Assembly (NCBI GenBank): GCA_002269645.1 | Contig: NIVC01001648.1 | Location: 32,544-96,543, forward strand | Length of the DNA stretch: 64,000 nt | Direction: 5' to 3' | Source of the DNA: Macrostomum lignano | Lineage: Eukaryota | Shown: one piece after another, positions 49,188 to 61,222 of the stretch | Layout: each line of letters starts with the position of its first letter | Position numbering within the stretch: position 1 is the first letter of the stretch | Notes under the pieces: generated by a model | Database searches by the model: none | The model's input: only the letters and a program-made list of their open reading frames with translations | What the model was told of the DNA's origin: nothing | Position numbers and translations under genes: made by a program

Positions 49188-49765
49188 AGTCCTACTCCCT
49201 ATCCGTTCTGGACCTGGACAAGGCCACAGGCCGGGACACGGTGAAGCACTACCGCATCCGGCTGCTGGACAACGGGGCCGGATTCTACATCACTAGCCGC
49301 AGGAAGTTTCCCACCATGCAGGCTCTGATTGACAACTACACTGAGCACCCAGACGGTCTCTGCTGCTGCCTCACCCGGCCGTGCCCGAAGCCGCTGCCAA
49401 TACTGGCGGACCTGTCCTTCCAGACCAGGGACCAGTGGGAGATTCCCCGGGAGCAGCTCTGCCTGCTTGAACAGCTGGGCTCCGGCCAGTTCGGCGAAGT
49501 CTGGCGCGCCCTGTTCAACGACCGCAAAGAGGTGGCTGTCAAGATGCTGAAAACCGGCAGCATGTCTAGGGCGGATTTTCTTAAGGAGGCAAAAATCATG
49601 AAGCGGCTGCGGCATCCCAAACTGGTGCAGCTGTTTGCCGTGTGCACCGGCGAGGATCCGGTGTTCATTGTCACCGAGTTGATGAGCCACGGGTCGCTGC
49701 TCGCACACCTGCGCGACTCCAGGCCGCTGCTTGAGCTCGACGTGCTGGTGGACATTTTGGGTCAG
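49188..49765 (+). CDS. Src: Src-family kinase exon 4 (SH2 C-half, linker, kinase N-lobe)
   Basis: ccgcag|E-SYSLSV...VKHYRIR...WEIPRE...GSGQFGEVW...VAVKMLK...DILGQ|gtgagg. Confidence 0.95.
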
Positions 49766-49776
49766 GTGAGGACAAG

Positions 49777-50252
49777 GGTGCGGCCGTTATCGGGGAATGT
49801 GGGGTGGTGGGTGCGGCCGTTATCGGGGAATGTGGGGTGGCGGGTGTGGTCGTTATCGGGGAATGTGGAGTGGTGGGTGCGGCTGATATCGGGGAATGTG
49901 GGGTGGCGTGTGCGGCTGTTATCGGATAATGTGGGGTGGCGGGTGCAGCTGATATCGAGGAATGTGGGGTGGCGGGTGCGGTCGTTATCGGGGAATGTGG
50001 GGTGGTGGGTGCGGCCGTTATCGGGGAATGTGGGGTGGCGGGTGCGGTCGTTATCGGGGAATGTGGGGTGGCGGGTGCGGCTGATATCGGGGAATGTGGG
50101 GTGGCGTGTGCGGCTGTTATCGGATAATGTGGGGTGGCGGGTGCAGCTGATATCGAGGAATGTGGGGTGGCGGGTGCGGTCGTTATCGGGGAATTTGGGG
50201 TGGTGGATGCGGTCGTTATCGGGGAATGTGGGGTGGTGGGTGCGGTCGTTAT
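49777..50252 (+). repeat. 33-bp G-rich minisatellite GTGGGGTGGCGGGTGCGGTCGTTATCGGGGAAT
   Basis: Src intron 4; explains the spurious C-terminal extension of ORF 49175-50290. Confidence 0.94.
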
Positions 50253-50335
50253 CAAGAATCCGTAAGTCGGTTGCTGCTGATTTCAACTAGAACCTGTGGG
50301 CTAGAATCTGACTCGGACTCCCTCGCTTCCCCCAG

Positions 50336-50839
50336 GTGGCGAGCGGGATGGCCTACCTGGAAGCCGAGAAGTTCATCCACCGCGACTTGGCCGCCCGCAA
50401 CATCCTTGTCGGCGACAACAACACGGTGAAGGTGGCGGACTTTGGCCTGTCCAGAGCTATCGGCGACGCTGACGGCGGGGAGTACACCGCCAAGCAGGGC
50501 GCCAAGTTCCCCATCAAGTGGACCAGCCCGGAGGCGGCGCTGCTGGGCCGGTTCTCCATCAAGTCGGACATCTGGTCCTTCGGCATCGTAGTCTTCGAAG
50601 TGGTCACCCGCGGCCAGGTGCCGTACGCCGGGATGTCCAACACCGAGACGCTCAGCGCAGTCGAGAACGGCTACCGGATGCCGAAGCCGGTGGAATGCCC
50701 GGACGGCCTGTATGAAGTCATGCTGGCCTGCTGGGAGGAGCAGCCCGACCAGCGGCCGACTTTCGAGTACCTCAGGAACTTCTTTGACGACTTCTTCCCG
50801 GCCACGGAGCCCAGCTACCGGCTCGCGACTCAGGACCAG
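50336..50839 (+). CDS. Src: Src-family kinase exon 5 (kinase C-lobe and tail tyrosine)
   Basis: ccccag|VASGMAYLE...HRDLAARN...DFGLSR...[18 protein letters not shown]...TEPSY (C-terminal regulatory Tyr)...QDQ|gtgaga. Confidence 0.95.
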
Positions 50840-50844
50840 GTGAG

Positions 50845-51385
50845 AGGGGATTTTTGGGAATGGGACCACCAGGTGATTGTGGGATTTCTGTGAATGGACC
50901 ACCAGGTGATTGTTGGATTTCTGTGAATGGGATCATTGTGGGATTTCTGTGAATGGGATCATTGTGGGATTTCTGTGAATGGGATCATTGTGGGATTTCT
51001 GTGAATGGGATCATTGTGGGATTTCTGTTAATGGGATCACCAGGTGATTGTGGGATTTCTGTGAATGGGATCACCAGGTGATAGTTGGATTTCTGTGAAT
51101 GGGATCACCAGGTGATAGTTGGATTTCTGTGAATGGGATCACCAGGTGATTTTGAGATATCTGTGAATGGGATCACCAGGTGATAGTTGGATTTCTGAGA
51201 ATGGGATCACCAGGTAATTGTGGGATTTCTGTGAATGGAATCACCAGGTGATAGTTGGATTTCTGTGAATGGGATCACCAGGTGATAGTTGGATTTCTGT
51301 GAATGGGATCACCAGGTGATAGTTGGATTTCTGTGAATGGGATCACCAGGTAATTGTGGGATTTCTGTGAATGGAATCACCAGGT
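50845..51385 (+). repeat. ~34-bp minisatellite GGGATCACCAGGTGATAGTTGGATTTCTGTGAAT
   Basis: Src intron 5. Confidence 0.92.
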
Positions 51386-51421
51386 GTGAATATTCAGGGG
51401 AAAACTCTTCTCATTTTGCAG

Positions 51422-51430
51422 GTCGTGTGA
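51422..51430 (+). CDS. Src: Probable terminal coding micro-segment of the Src gene (VV*)
   Basis: Acceptor tcttctcattttgcag| followed by GTC GTG TGA; AATAAA at 51496-51501. Intron retention would instead stop at 50893. Confidence 0.6.
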   Translation, partial: VV

Positions 51431-51495
51431 AGCAACCAGACGCCAGGAACCTCAGGACTGAGAATCTCAATCGGAAGCCAAAATGTTTGACAAGA

Positions 51496-51501
51496 AATAA
51501 A
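51496..51501 (+). terminator. Candidate polyadenylation signal of the Src gene
   Basis: AATAAA about 65 nt after the predicted stop. Confidence 0.45.
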
Positions 51502-51984
51502 CTCAGACATTTTCTATATTAGCTCGACCTTAGCAACAAAGTTGACATAGATAATTAATTATTTTGGTACTCTGTGCTGCCCAAAGACTGTCATTTAACT
51601 ATAGTCTCAATTGTTATCGGAAACTGTAAGATTTATTAGTTCGCGTGCAGAAAACTCCCTACATGTTCCGCACTCCTACTACAAGTAGACGAATTGGCGA
51701 CATTCAAGATTTTTTTTAAATTTCCATAAAAATTCTGCTTTCGATCGCGCGCTTTCATGTTGAATTTGCGGCCTCGATTGAGTTCTCTGGGAATTCGCTA
51801 ACACGCGACTACCTCAGCCGGAGGCTGCTCGACCGACCGGCTTTCGAATAATCTGCGTTCTGCATCCTCTATTGTCCGTGAGCTCAGCCCCTACCTCCGG
51901 TCAGCTGTTGCTGCCTCTCTCTCAATTTCTGAGCCTCCATCCCGCCCGCAGAATTATCCCTGGGCTTCAGTCTCCTATCTCTCT

Positions 51985-53185
51985 TACTGTACATCCCTCT
52001 CCTCTACTCTCACTCTCTCCTCTCTCCTCTTCCTCTATCCTCTCTACTCTCACTCTCTCCTCTCTCCTCTTCCTTTATCCTCTCTACTCTCACTCTCTCC
52101 TCTCTACTCTTCCTCTCTCCTCTCTCCTCTTCCTCTCTCCTCTCTACTCTCCCTCTCTCCTCTCTACTCTCACTCTCTCCTCTCTACTCTTCCTCTCTCC
52201 TCTCTACTCTCACTCTCTCCTCTCTACTCTCACTCTCTCCTCTCTCCTCTCTCCTCTTCCTCTCTCCTCTCCTTCTCTCCTCTCTACTCTCCCTCTCTCC
52301 TCTCTACTCTCCCTCTATCCTCTCTACTCTCACTCTCTCCTCTCACTCTATCCTCTCTCCTCTCCCTCTATCCTCTCTACTCTCACTCTCTCCTCTCTAC
52401 TTTTCCTCTCTCCTCTACTCTCACTCTCTCCTCTCTACTCTCCCCCTCTCCTCTCTACTCTCACTCTCTCCTCTCTACTCTCCCCCTCTCCTCTCTACTT
52501 TTCCTCTCTCCTCTACTCTCCCTCTCTCCTCTCTACTCTCCCTCTCTCCTCTCTACTCTCACTCTCTCCTCTCTACTTTTCCTCTCTCCTCTTTACTCTC
52601 CCCCTCTCCTCTCTCCTCTCCCCCTCTCCTCTCTACTCTCACTCTCTCCTCTTTACTTTTACTCTCTCCTCTCTACTCTCCCTCTCTCCTCTCTACTCTC
52701 CCTCTCTCCTCTCTACTCTCCCTCTATCCTCTCTACTCTCACTCTCTCCTCTCTACTCTCCCTCTCTCCTCTCTACTCTCCCTCTCTCCTCTCTACTCTC
52801 CCTCTATCCTCTCTACTCTCACTCTCTCCTCTCTACTCTCCCTCTCTCCTCTCTACTCTCCCTCTCTCCTCTCTACTCTCACTCTCTCCTCTCTACTTTT
52901 CCTCTCTCCTCTTTACTCTCCCCCTCTCCTCTCTCCTCTCCCCCTCTCCTCTCTACTCTCACTCTCTCCTCTTTACTTTTACTCTCTCCTCTCTACTCTC
53001 CCTCTCTCCTCTCTACTCTCCCTCTCTCCTCTCTACTCTCCCTCTATCCTCTCTACTCTCACTCTCTCCTCTCTACTCTCCCTCTCTCCTCTCTACTCTC
53101 CCTCTCTCCTCTCTACTCTCCCTCTATCCTCTCTACTCTCACTCTCTCCTCTCTACTCTCCCTCTCTCCTCTCTACTCTCCCCCT
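51985..53185 (+). repeat. CT-rich repeat (CTCTCTCCTCTCTACTCTC[A/C])
   Basis: Direct inspection. Confidence 0.93.
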
Positions 53186-53949
53186 TTTTAACCTCCCCTG
53201 TTGCTCTCTTCCGCAACCTAAATTTGAACCGTGATTGCTTTGATAAAATCAAAGTACATAAACAACTTTTGAGCGATGAGCACATGAAGTTCTTAGTTTT
53301 TCATGTCCCTGAACAGGTTTTCACTCTTTCCTTTCCTCAGTCCATTTCCCTAGAATTGCTGAGCAACAACCGTGCATGATAAGCGACAAAATGAATTTTT
53401 ATATTCTACACTGCTTGCGTGACCAGAGGCCGGCGCCAGTTGTTCTCTTTCAGGCAACCCCGGTGAACTCCGCCGGCTTCAGACTGAACTCTCCTTTGTT
53501 CATCAAAACCTTTTATGCTAAAAATTATTGAATTAAAGTTTCAAATCGCTTCGCTATTGTTTTTGCTGCTAATAATTATTTTATTTATTTAGCGATTTAT
53601 TAATATCGATAATCTTAGCCCTTAATAGCGCTGTTACAGCTCACAATTTTAAATTGCCTGTTCCCTCTCTCTCTCTGCGCGTGTGTTTTCAGGTATGCAG
53701 TTAATCTCGGAAACAGCTCTGCAACTGACAGTGCGCAATTCAATTCGCGTCCCTAACCTTGTTGAGCGATTAACTGCTACTGAAATACCTTTATTAAATA
53801 TACATAATTATGCAGAACCTCTGGGTTCCCGTTTCAGGCTTGAAACAGTTGGTCACGATCGGTTCGCTTTTCATTTCTGGTGGGATTCTGACTGAAATAT
53901 CACCGTAGAAGGGTTCGAGATCTCTATGGGCTGGGCAGGGTAGAGATAT

Positions 53950-55945
53950 GCGAGCGAGATAGAGGGAGAGTGAGAGAGTGAATGAGGGAAGTGTGAGAGT
54001 GAATAAGAGAGAAAGAGTGTGATAGTGAATGAGATAGGAGAGTGTGAGAATGAGTGAGAGAAGAAAATTGAGAGTAAATGAGAGAAGGAAAGTGAGAATG
54101 AGTGAGAGAGAGGGAGAGTGTGAGAGTGAATGAGAGAGGAGAGTGTGAGAATGAATGAGAGAGAGACAGAGAGAGTGAGAGTGAATGATAGAGAGAGAGT
54201 GAGAGTGAATGAGAGAGAGAGAGTGAGAGTGAGAGTGAATGATAGAGAGAGAGTGAGAGTGAATGAGGGAAGTGTGAGAGTGAATAAGAGAGAAAGAGTG
54301 TGATAGTGAATGAGATAGGAGAGTGTGAGAATGAATGAGAGAGAGACAGAGAGAGTGAGAGTGAATGATAGAGAGAGAGTGAGAGTGAATGAGAGAGAGA
54401 GAGAGTGAGAGTGAATGAAAAAGAGAGAGAGAGTGAGAGTGAATGAGAAAGATAGAGAGTGAGAGTGAATGAGAGAGAGAGTGAGAGTGAATGAGAGAGA
54501 GAGTGAATGAGAAAGAGAGAGAGTGAGAGTGAATGAGAGAGAGCGAGTGTGTGGGAGAGTGAATGAGAAAGAGAATGAGGGTGAATGAGAGAGAGTGTGA
54601 GAGTGAATGAGAGAGAGTGTGAGAGTGAATGAGAAAGAGAAAGAGTGAGAGTGAATGAGAAAGAGAGAGAGTGAGAGTGAATGAGAGAGAGAGTGAGAGT
54701 GAATGAGAGAGAGAGTGAGAGTGAATGAGAGAGAGAGAGAGAGAGTTAATGAGAAAAAAAGAGAGTGAGAGTGAATGAGAGAGTGTGTGTGATTGAGAGA
54801 GAGAGTGTGTCTGGGAGAGTGAATGAGAAAGAGAGTGAGGGTGAATGAGAGAGAGTGTGAGAGTGAATGAGAGAGAGTGTGAGAGTGAATGAGAAAGAGA
54901 AAGAGTGAGAGTGAATGAGAAAGAGAGAGAGTGAGAGTGAATGAGAGAGAGAGTGAGAGTGAATGAGAGAGAGAGTGAGAGTGAATGAGAGAGAGAGTGA
55001 GAGTGAATGAGAGAGAGAGAGTGAGAGTTAATGAGAAAAAAAGAGAGTGAGAGTGAATGAGAGAGTGTGTGTGATTGAGAGAGAGAGTGTGTCTGGGAGA
55101 GTGAATGAGAAAGAGAGTGAGGGTGAATGAGAGAGAGTGTGAGAGTGAATGAGAGAGAGTGTGAGAGTGAATGAGAAAGAGAAAGAGTGAGAGTGAATGA
55201 GAAAGAGAGAGAGTGAGAGTGAATGAGAGAGAGAGTGAGAGTGAATGAGAGAGAGTGAGAGAGTGAATGAGAAAGAGAGTGAGGGTGAATAAGAGAGAGT
55301 GTGAGAGTGAATGAGAGAGAGTGTGAGAGTGAATGAGAGAGAGTGTAAGAGTGAATGAGAGAGAGAGTGAGAGTTAATGAGAAAAAGAGAGAGTGAGAGT
55401 GAATGAGAGAGAGAGAGTGAGAGTGAATGAGAGAGTGTGTGTGATAGTGAGAGTGAATGAGAGAGAGAGAGAGAGAGTGTGTGGGAGAGTGAATGAGAGA
55501 GAGAGAGAGTGTGGGAGAGTGAATGAGAAAGAGAGTGAGGGTGAATGAGAGAGAGTGTGAGAGTGAATGAGAGAGAGTGTGAGAGTGAATGAGAGAGAGT
55601 GTAAGAGTGAATGAGAGAGAGAGTGAGAGTGAATGAGAAAGAGAGAGAGAGTGAATGAGAGAGAGAGTGAGAGTGAATGAGAAAGAGAGAGAGCGAGAGT
55701 GAATGAGAGAGAGAGAGTGAGAGTGAATGAGAGAGTGTGTTTGTGTGTGACAGTGAGAGTGAATGAGAGAGAGAGTGAGAGTGAATGAGAAAGAGAGAGA
55801 GTGAGAGTGAATGAGAGAGAAAGTGAGAGTGAATGAGAGTGTGTGTGTGTGTGTGTGACAGTGAGAGTGAATGAGAGAGAGAGAGTGAGAGTGAATGAGA
55901 GAGGAGAGTGAGAGTGAGGGAGGAGAGTGAGAGTGAGGGAAAGTG
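53950..55945 (+). repeat. GA-rich repeat (GAGAGTGAAT) with higher-order duplications
   Basis: Direct inspection. Confidence 0.93.
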
Positions 55946-56467
55946 TGAAACGCAGTGGTGAGGCGAGAAGAGGGGGCAGCGGCAGGGGATTTTGAAGCCC
56001 ATGCGACTTGCAGAGAGGAAGAGACAACAGCCGGCCCGGGAGTCGCACAACAACACAGCAGCTGTCACAAGCCATACTCTCTCGTGCTCTTCCGTAAAGT
56101 TCTCCCCTTTCATTTCCCCTCGCCAAGTGCACAGTTGGGATTTGTCGGAATTGCGGCAGTTACGGCGTTGCCACGATTCTGTGGCGTGCAGCGTGGATCA
56201 CCCCACTGCCCCTGAAACCACTCGATTCTCGAGTTGGTGGGTGCGGGCGGGGCTCGCGGCCCCCTGACAACTATTTTAGGATATTATATTGCAGGCACTT
56301 CAGCTGGCGGGGATTGAGAATGCTCTGACAGTGTTTTCTGTCGCTGGCTGACACGCTAAACCAGCGCGTGTGAAGCTCGCCTCACTGCCCAGTGCGGTGG
56401 GGCTGGGGCGGAGTGGCCGGCCACCGACTCCGGCCGCCACTTGTCTGGCTGTTCCCGGCTGAACTCC

Positions 56468-57205
56468 CCTGTCTCAATGTCTGCCTGTCTCAATGTCTGC
56501 CTGTCTCAATGTCTGCCTGTCTCAATGTCTGCCTGTCTCAATGTCTGCCTGTCTCAATGTCTGCCTGTCTCAATGTCTGCCTGTCTCAATGTCTGCCTGT
56601 CTCAATGTCTGCCTGTCTCAATGTCTGCCTGTCTCAATGTCTGCCTGTCTCAATGTCTGCCTGTCTCAATGTCTGCCTGTCTCAATGTCTGCCTGTCTCA
56701 ATGTCTGCCTGTCTCAATGTCTGCCTGTCTCAATGTCTGCCTGTCTCAATGTCTGCCTGTCTCAATGTCTGCCTGTCTCAATGTCTGCCTGTCTCAATGT
56801 CTGCCTGTCTCAATGTCTGCCTGTCTCAATGTCTGCCTGTCTCAATGTCTGCCTGTCTCAATGTCTGCCTGTCTCAATGTCTGCCTGTCTCAATGTCTGC
56901 CTGTCTCAATGTCTGCCTGTCTCAATGTCTGCCTGTCTCAATGTCTGCCTGTCTCAATGTCTGCCTGTCTCAATGTCTGCCTGTCTCAATGTCTGCCTGT
57001 CTCAATGTCTGCCTGTCTCACTGTCTGCCTGTCTCAATGTCTGCCTGTCTCGATGTCTGCCTGTCTCAATGTCTGCCTGTCTCAATGTCTGCCTGTCTCA
57101 ATGTCTGCCTGTCTCAATGTCTGCCTGTCTCAATGTCTGCCTGTCTCAATGTCTGCCTGTCTCAATGTCTGCCTGTCTCAATGTCTGCCTGTCTCAATGT
57201 CCATC
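56468..57205 (+). repeat. 16-bp minisatellite CTCAATGTCTGCCTGT
   Basis: About 46 near-identical units. Confidence 0.97.
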
Positions 57206-57651
57206 TGCCTCAATGTCAGTCCCTCGGTCAGTCTCTCAATGTTCCGCGCGGTCGCTCTGCCAAATCGCGTCGCCACTCGCTGCTGCCCCGCCAGCCAGTG
57301 GCCGTGCACAGGCGGCCAATCAGCCCCGAGGTCAGGGCGGCACCGGGTGCTGCTTTTTATCTCCGCGGGGAAGCGGCGGGCTGCGGCTCGGGAGCAGAAA
57401 TTCTGCCGCCAAGCAGCTGCAAAGAAGTGGTGACGGGCAGTTTACAAAAAGACAAGCGCGGCGACACGAACGTCTGTTGAGCCTGTTCAACTTCTCAGTT
57501 GTTGCGTAACCATGACACCCTTGGCAACCCCCTTGACGACAAACAAGCCAGTGGAACTAAAAATCAGGCACTACTAAACTGTGAGTGCGCTAAATAAGTC
57601 TTTTGCTTTTAGAAGCAGGCAGGCATGAAAACAGCTGCATAAAGTAGCAGG

Positions 57652-59780
57652 GACCTGAGGCACTCCTGAACATTCTGGGGAGGGAGCTGAGGCACTCCTG
57701 AACATTCTGGGGAGGGAGCTGAGGCACTCCTGAACATTCTGGGGAGGGAGCTGAGGCACTCCTGAACATTCTGGGGAGGGACCTGAGGCACTCCTGAACA
57801 TTCTGGGGAGGGACCTGAGGCACTCCTGAACATTCTGGGGAGGGACCTGAGGCACTCCTGAACATTCTGGGAGGGACCTGAGGCACTCCTGAACATTCTG
57901 GGAGGGACCTGAGGCACTCCTGAACAATCTGGGGAGGGACCTGAGGCACTCCTGAACATTCTGGGGAGGGACCTGAGGCACTCCTGAACAATCTGGGGAG
58001 GGACCTGAGGCACTCCTGAACATTCTGGGGAGGGAGCTGAGGCACTCCTGAACATTCTGGGGAGGGACCTGAGGCACTCCTGAACAATCTTGGAAGGGAG
58101 CTGAGGCACTTCTGAACAATCTTGGAAGGGAGCTGAGGCACTCCTGAGCAATCTGGGGAGGGAGCTGAGGCACTCCTGAACATTCTGGGGAGGGAGCTGA
58201 GGCACTCCTGAACATTCTGGGGAGGGAGCTGAGGCACTCCTGAACAATCTGGGGAGGGACCTGAGGCACTCCTGAACAATCTGGGGAGGGAGCTGAGGCA
58301 CTCCTGAGCAATCTGGGGAGGGAGCTGAGGCACTCCTGAACATTCTGGGGAGGGAGCTGAGGCACTCCTGAACAATCTGGGGAGGGAGCTGAGGCACTCC
58401 TGAACAATCTGGGGAGGGAGCTGAGGCACTCCTGAACAATCTGGGGAGGGAGCTGAGGCACTCCTTAGCAATCTGGGGAGGGAGCTGAGGCACTCCTGAG
58501 CAATCTGGGGAGGGAGCTGAGGCACTCCTGAACATTCTGGGGAGGGAGCTGAGGCACTCCTGAACATTCTGGGGAGGGAGCTGAGGCACTCCTGAACAAT
58601 CTGGGGAGGGACCTGAGGCACTCCTGAGCAATCTGGGGAGGGAGCTGAGGCACTCCTGAACATTCTGGGGAGGGAGCTGAGGCACTCCTGAACAATCTGG
58701 GGAGGGAGCTGAGGCACTCCTGAACAATCTGGGGAGGGAGCTGAGGCACTCCTGAGCAATCTGGGGAGGGAGCTGAGGCACTCCTGAACATTCTGTGGAG
58801 GGAGCTGAGGCACTCCTGAACATTCTGGGGAGGGAGCTGAGGCACTCCTGAACAATCTGGGGAGGGACCTGAGGCACTCCTGAACAATCTGGGGAGGGAC
58901 CTGAGGCACTCCTGAACATTCTGGGGAGGGACCTGAGGCACTCCTGAACATTCTGGGGAGGGACCTGAGGCACTTCTGAACAATCTTGGAAGGGAGCTGA
59001 GGCACTTCTGAACAATCTTGGAAGGGAGCTGAGGCACTTCTGAACAATCTTGGAAGGGAGCTGAGGCACTTCTGAACAATCTTGGAAGGGAGCTGAGGCA
59101 CTTCTGAACAATCTTGGAAGGGAGCTGAGGCACTTCTGAACAATCTTGGAAGGGAGCTGAGGCACTTCTGAACCATCTGGGAGGGAAGCTGAGGCACTCC
59201 TGAATAATCTGAGGAGGGACCTGAGGCACTCCTGAACATTCTGGGGAGGGACCTGAGGCACTCCTGAACATTCTGGGGAGGGACCTGAGGCACTCCTGAA
59301 CAATCTGGGGAGGGACCTGAGGCACTCCTGAACATTCTGGGGAGGGAGCTGAGGCACTCCTGAACATTCTGGGGAGGGACCTGAGGCACTCCTGAACAAT
59401 CTTGGAAGGGAGCTGAGGCACTTCTGAACAATCTTGGAAGGGAGCTGAGGCACTTCTGAACAATCTTGGAAGGGAGCTGAGGCACTTCTGAACAATCTTG
59501 GAAGGGAGCTGAGGCACTTCTGAACAATCTTGGAAGGGAGCTGAGGCACTTCTGAACAATCTTGGAAGGGAGCTGAGGCACTTCTGAACAATCTTGGAAG
59601 GGAGCTGAGGCACTTCTGAACAATCTTGGAAGGGAGCTGAGGCACTTCTGAACAATCTGGGAGAGAGAGCTGAGGCACTCCTGAACAATCTGGGACGGGA
59701 GCTGAGGCACTTCTGAACCATCTGGGACGGAAGCTGAGGCACTCCTGAATAATCTGAGGAGGGAGCTGAGGCACTCCTGA
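57652..59780 (+). repeat. 32-bp minisatellite CTGAGGCACTCCTGAACATTCTGGGGAGGGAG
   Basis: About 66 units; blocks of two variants. Confidence 0.97.
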
Positions 59781-60039
59781 AGAATCAGAGTTCAAGTCTG
59801 TGGATAGGTCACTGTACTCAAGTCTGTGGAGCAGTTCGTATTTCAACTAGGTCAAAAATTGAAATGTTTAGAGACAGGCTCAGCAGTCTGACAGGGGACA
59901 CCTTGGTTTTTTGGTTAATCTTTTTTACTTTCAAGCAGCCTATGTGCATTTTGATTTTTATCCCGAAATGGAACCGCGCCTTTTTTCTTTGCCAGCATCC
60001 CTGCATCAAATTGACTGAACTCTGTCTGAGCTCTGCTAG

Positions 60040-61222
60040 CGCCCCTCACTCCCCACCCAGCTGGTGCCCATCACTCCCCAGCTGGCGCCTAGCTCACTCC
60101 CCAGCTGGCGCCTAGCTCACTCCCCAGCTGGCGCCTAGCTCACTCCCCAGCTGGCGCCTAGCTCACTCCCCAGCTGGCGCCTAGCTCACTCCCCAGCTGG
60201 CGCCTAGCTCACTCCCCAGCTGGCGCCTAGCTCACTCCCCAGCTGGCGCCTAGCTCACTCCCCAGCTGGCGCCTAGCTCACTCCCCAGCTGGCGCCTAGC
60301 TCACTCCCCAGCTGGCGCCTAGCTCACTCCCCAGCTGGCGCCTAGCTCACTCCCCAGTTTGGCGCCCCTCACTCCCCAGTTTGGCGCCCCTCACTCCCCA
60401 GTTTGGCGCCCCTCTCTCCCCAGCTTGCGCCCCTCACTCCCCAGTTTGGCGCCCCTCTCTCCCCATTTTTGCGCGCCTCTCTCCCCAGTTTGGCGCCCTC
60501 TCTCCCCAGTTTGGCGCCCCTCTCTCCCCAGTTTGGCGCCCCTCTCTCCCCAGTTTGGCGCCCTCTCTCCCCAGCTGGCGACCCTCTCTCCACAGCTGGC
60601 GACCCTCTCTCCACAGCTGACGCTCCTCACTCCCCAGTTTGGCGCCCCTCTCTCCCAGCTTGCGCCCCTCACTCCCCAGTTTGGCGCCCCTCACTCCCCA
60701 GCTGGCGCCCCTCACTCCCCAGCTGGCGCCCCTCTCTCCCCAGCTGGCGCTCCTCACCCCCCAGCTGGCGCCCCTCACTCCCCAGTTTGGCGCCTCTCTC
60801 TCCCCAGCTGGTGCCCCTCACTCCCCAGTTTGGCGCCTCTCTCTCCCAGCTGGCGCCCCTCACTCCCCAGTTTGGCGCCCCTCTCTCCCCAGCTAGCGCC
60901 CCTCACTCCCCAGTTTGGCGCCCCTCACTCCCCAGCTAGCGCCCCTCACTCCCCAGTTTGGCGCCCCTCACTCCCCAGCTGGCGCCCCTCACTCCCCAGC
61001 TGGCGCCTAGCTCACTCCCCAGCTGGCGCCCCTCACTCCCCAGCTGGCGCCCCTCACTCCCCAGCTGGCGCCCCTCACTCCCCAGCTGGCGCCTAGCTCA
61101 CTCCCCAGCTGGCGCCCCTCTCTCCCCAGTTTGGCGCCCCTCACTCCCAGTTTGGCGCCCCTCACTCCCCAGTTTGGCGCCCTCACTCCCCAGCTGGCGC
61201 CCCTCACACTCCAGATTGGCGC
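60040..61222 (+). repeat. 23-bp C-rich minisatellite CCAGCTGGCGCCTAGCTCACTCC / CCAGTTTGGCGCCCCTCACTCC
   Basis: Direct inspection. Confidence 0.95.

Noticed and set aside
49766-50290. Repetitive C-terminus of ORF 49175-50290
   Set aside because: It is the 33-bp intronic array; the kinase continues at 50336.
57574-59846. Long ORFs (up to 745 aa) and similar ORFs at 65-805, 3847-4843, 9578-11341, 32474-33597, 40756-42180, 46204-47187, 51872-53191, 55028-57509 and 60359-61272
   Set aside because: They are translations of stop-free tandem repeats, often open in several frames, with no domain content.
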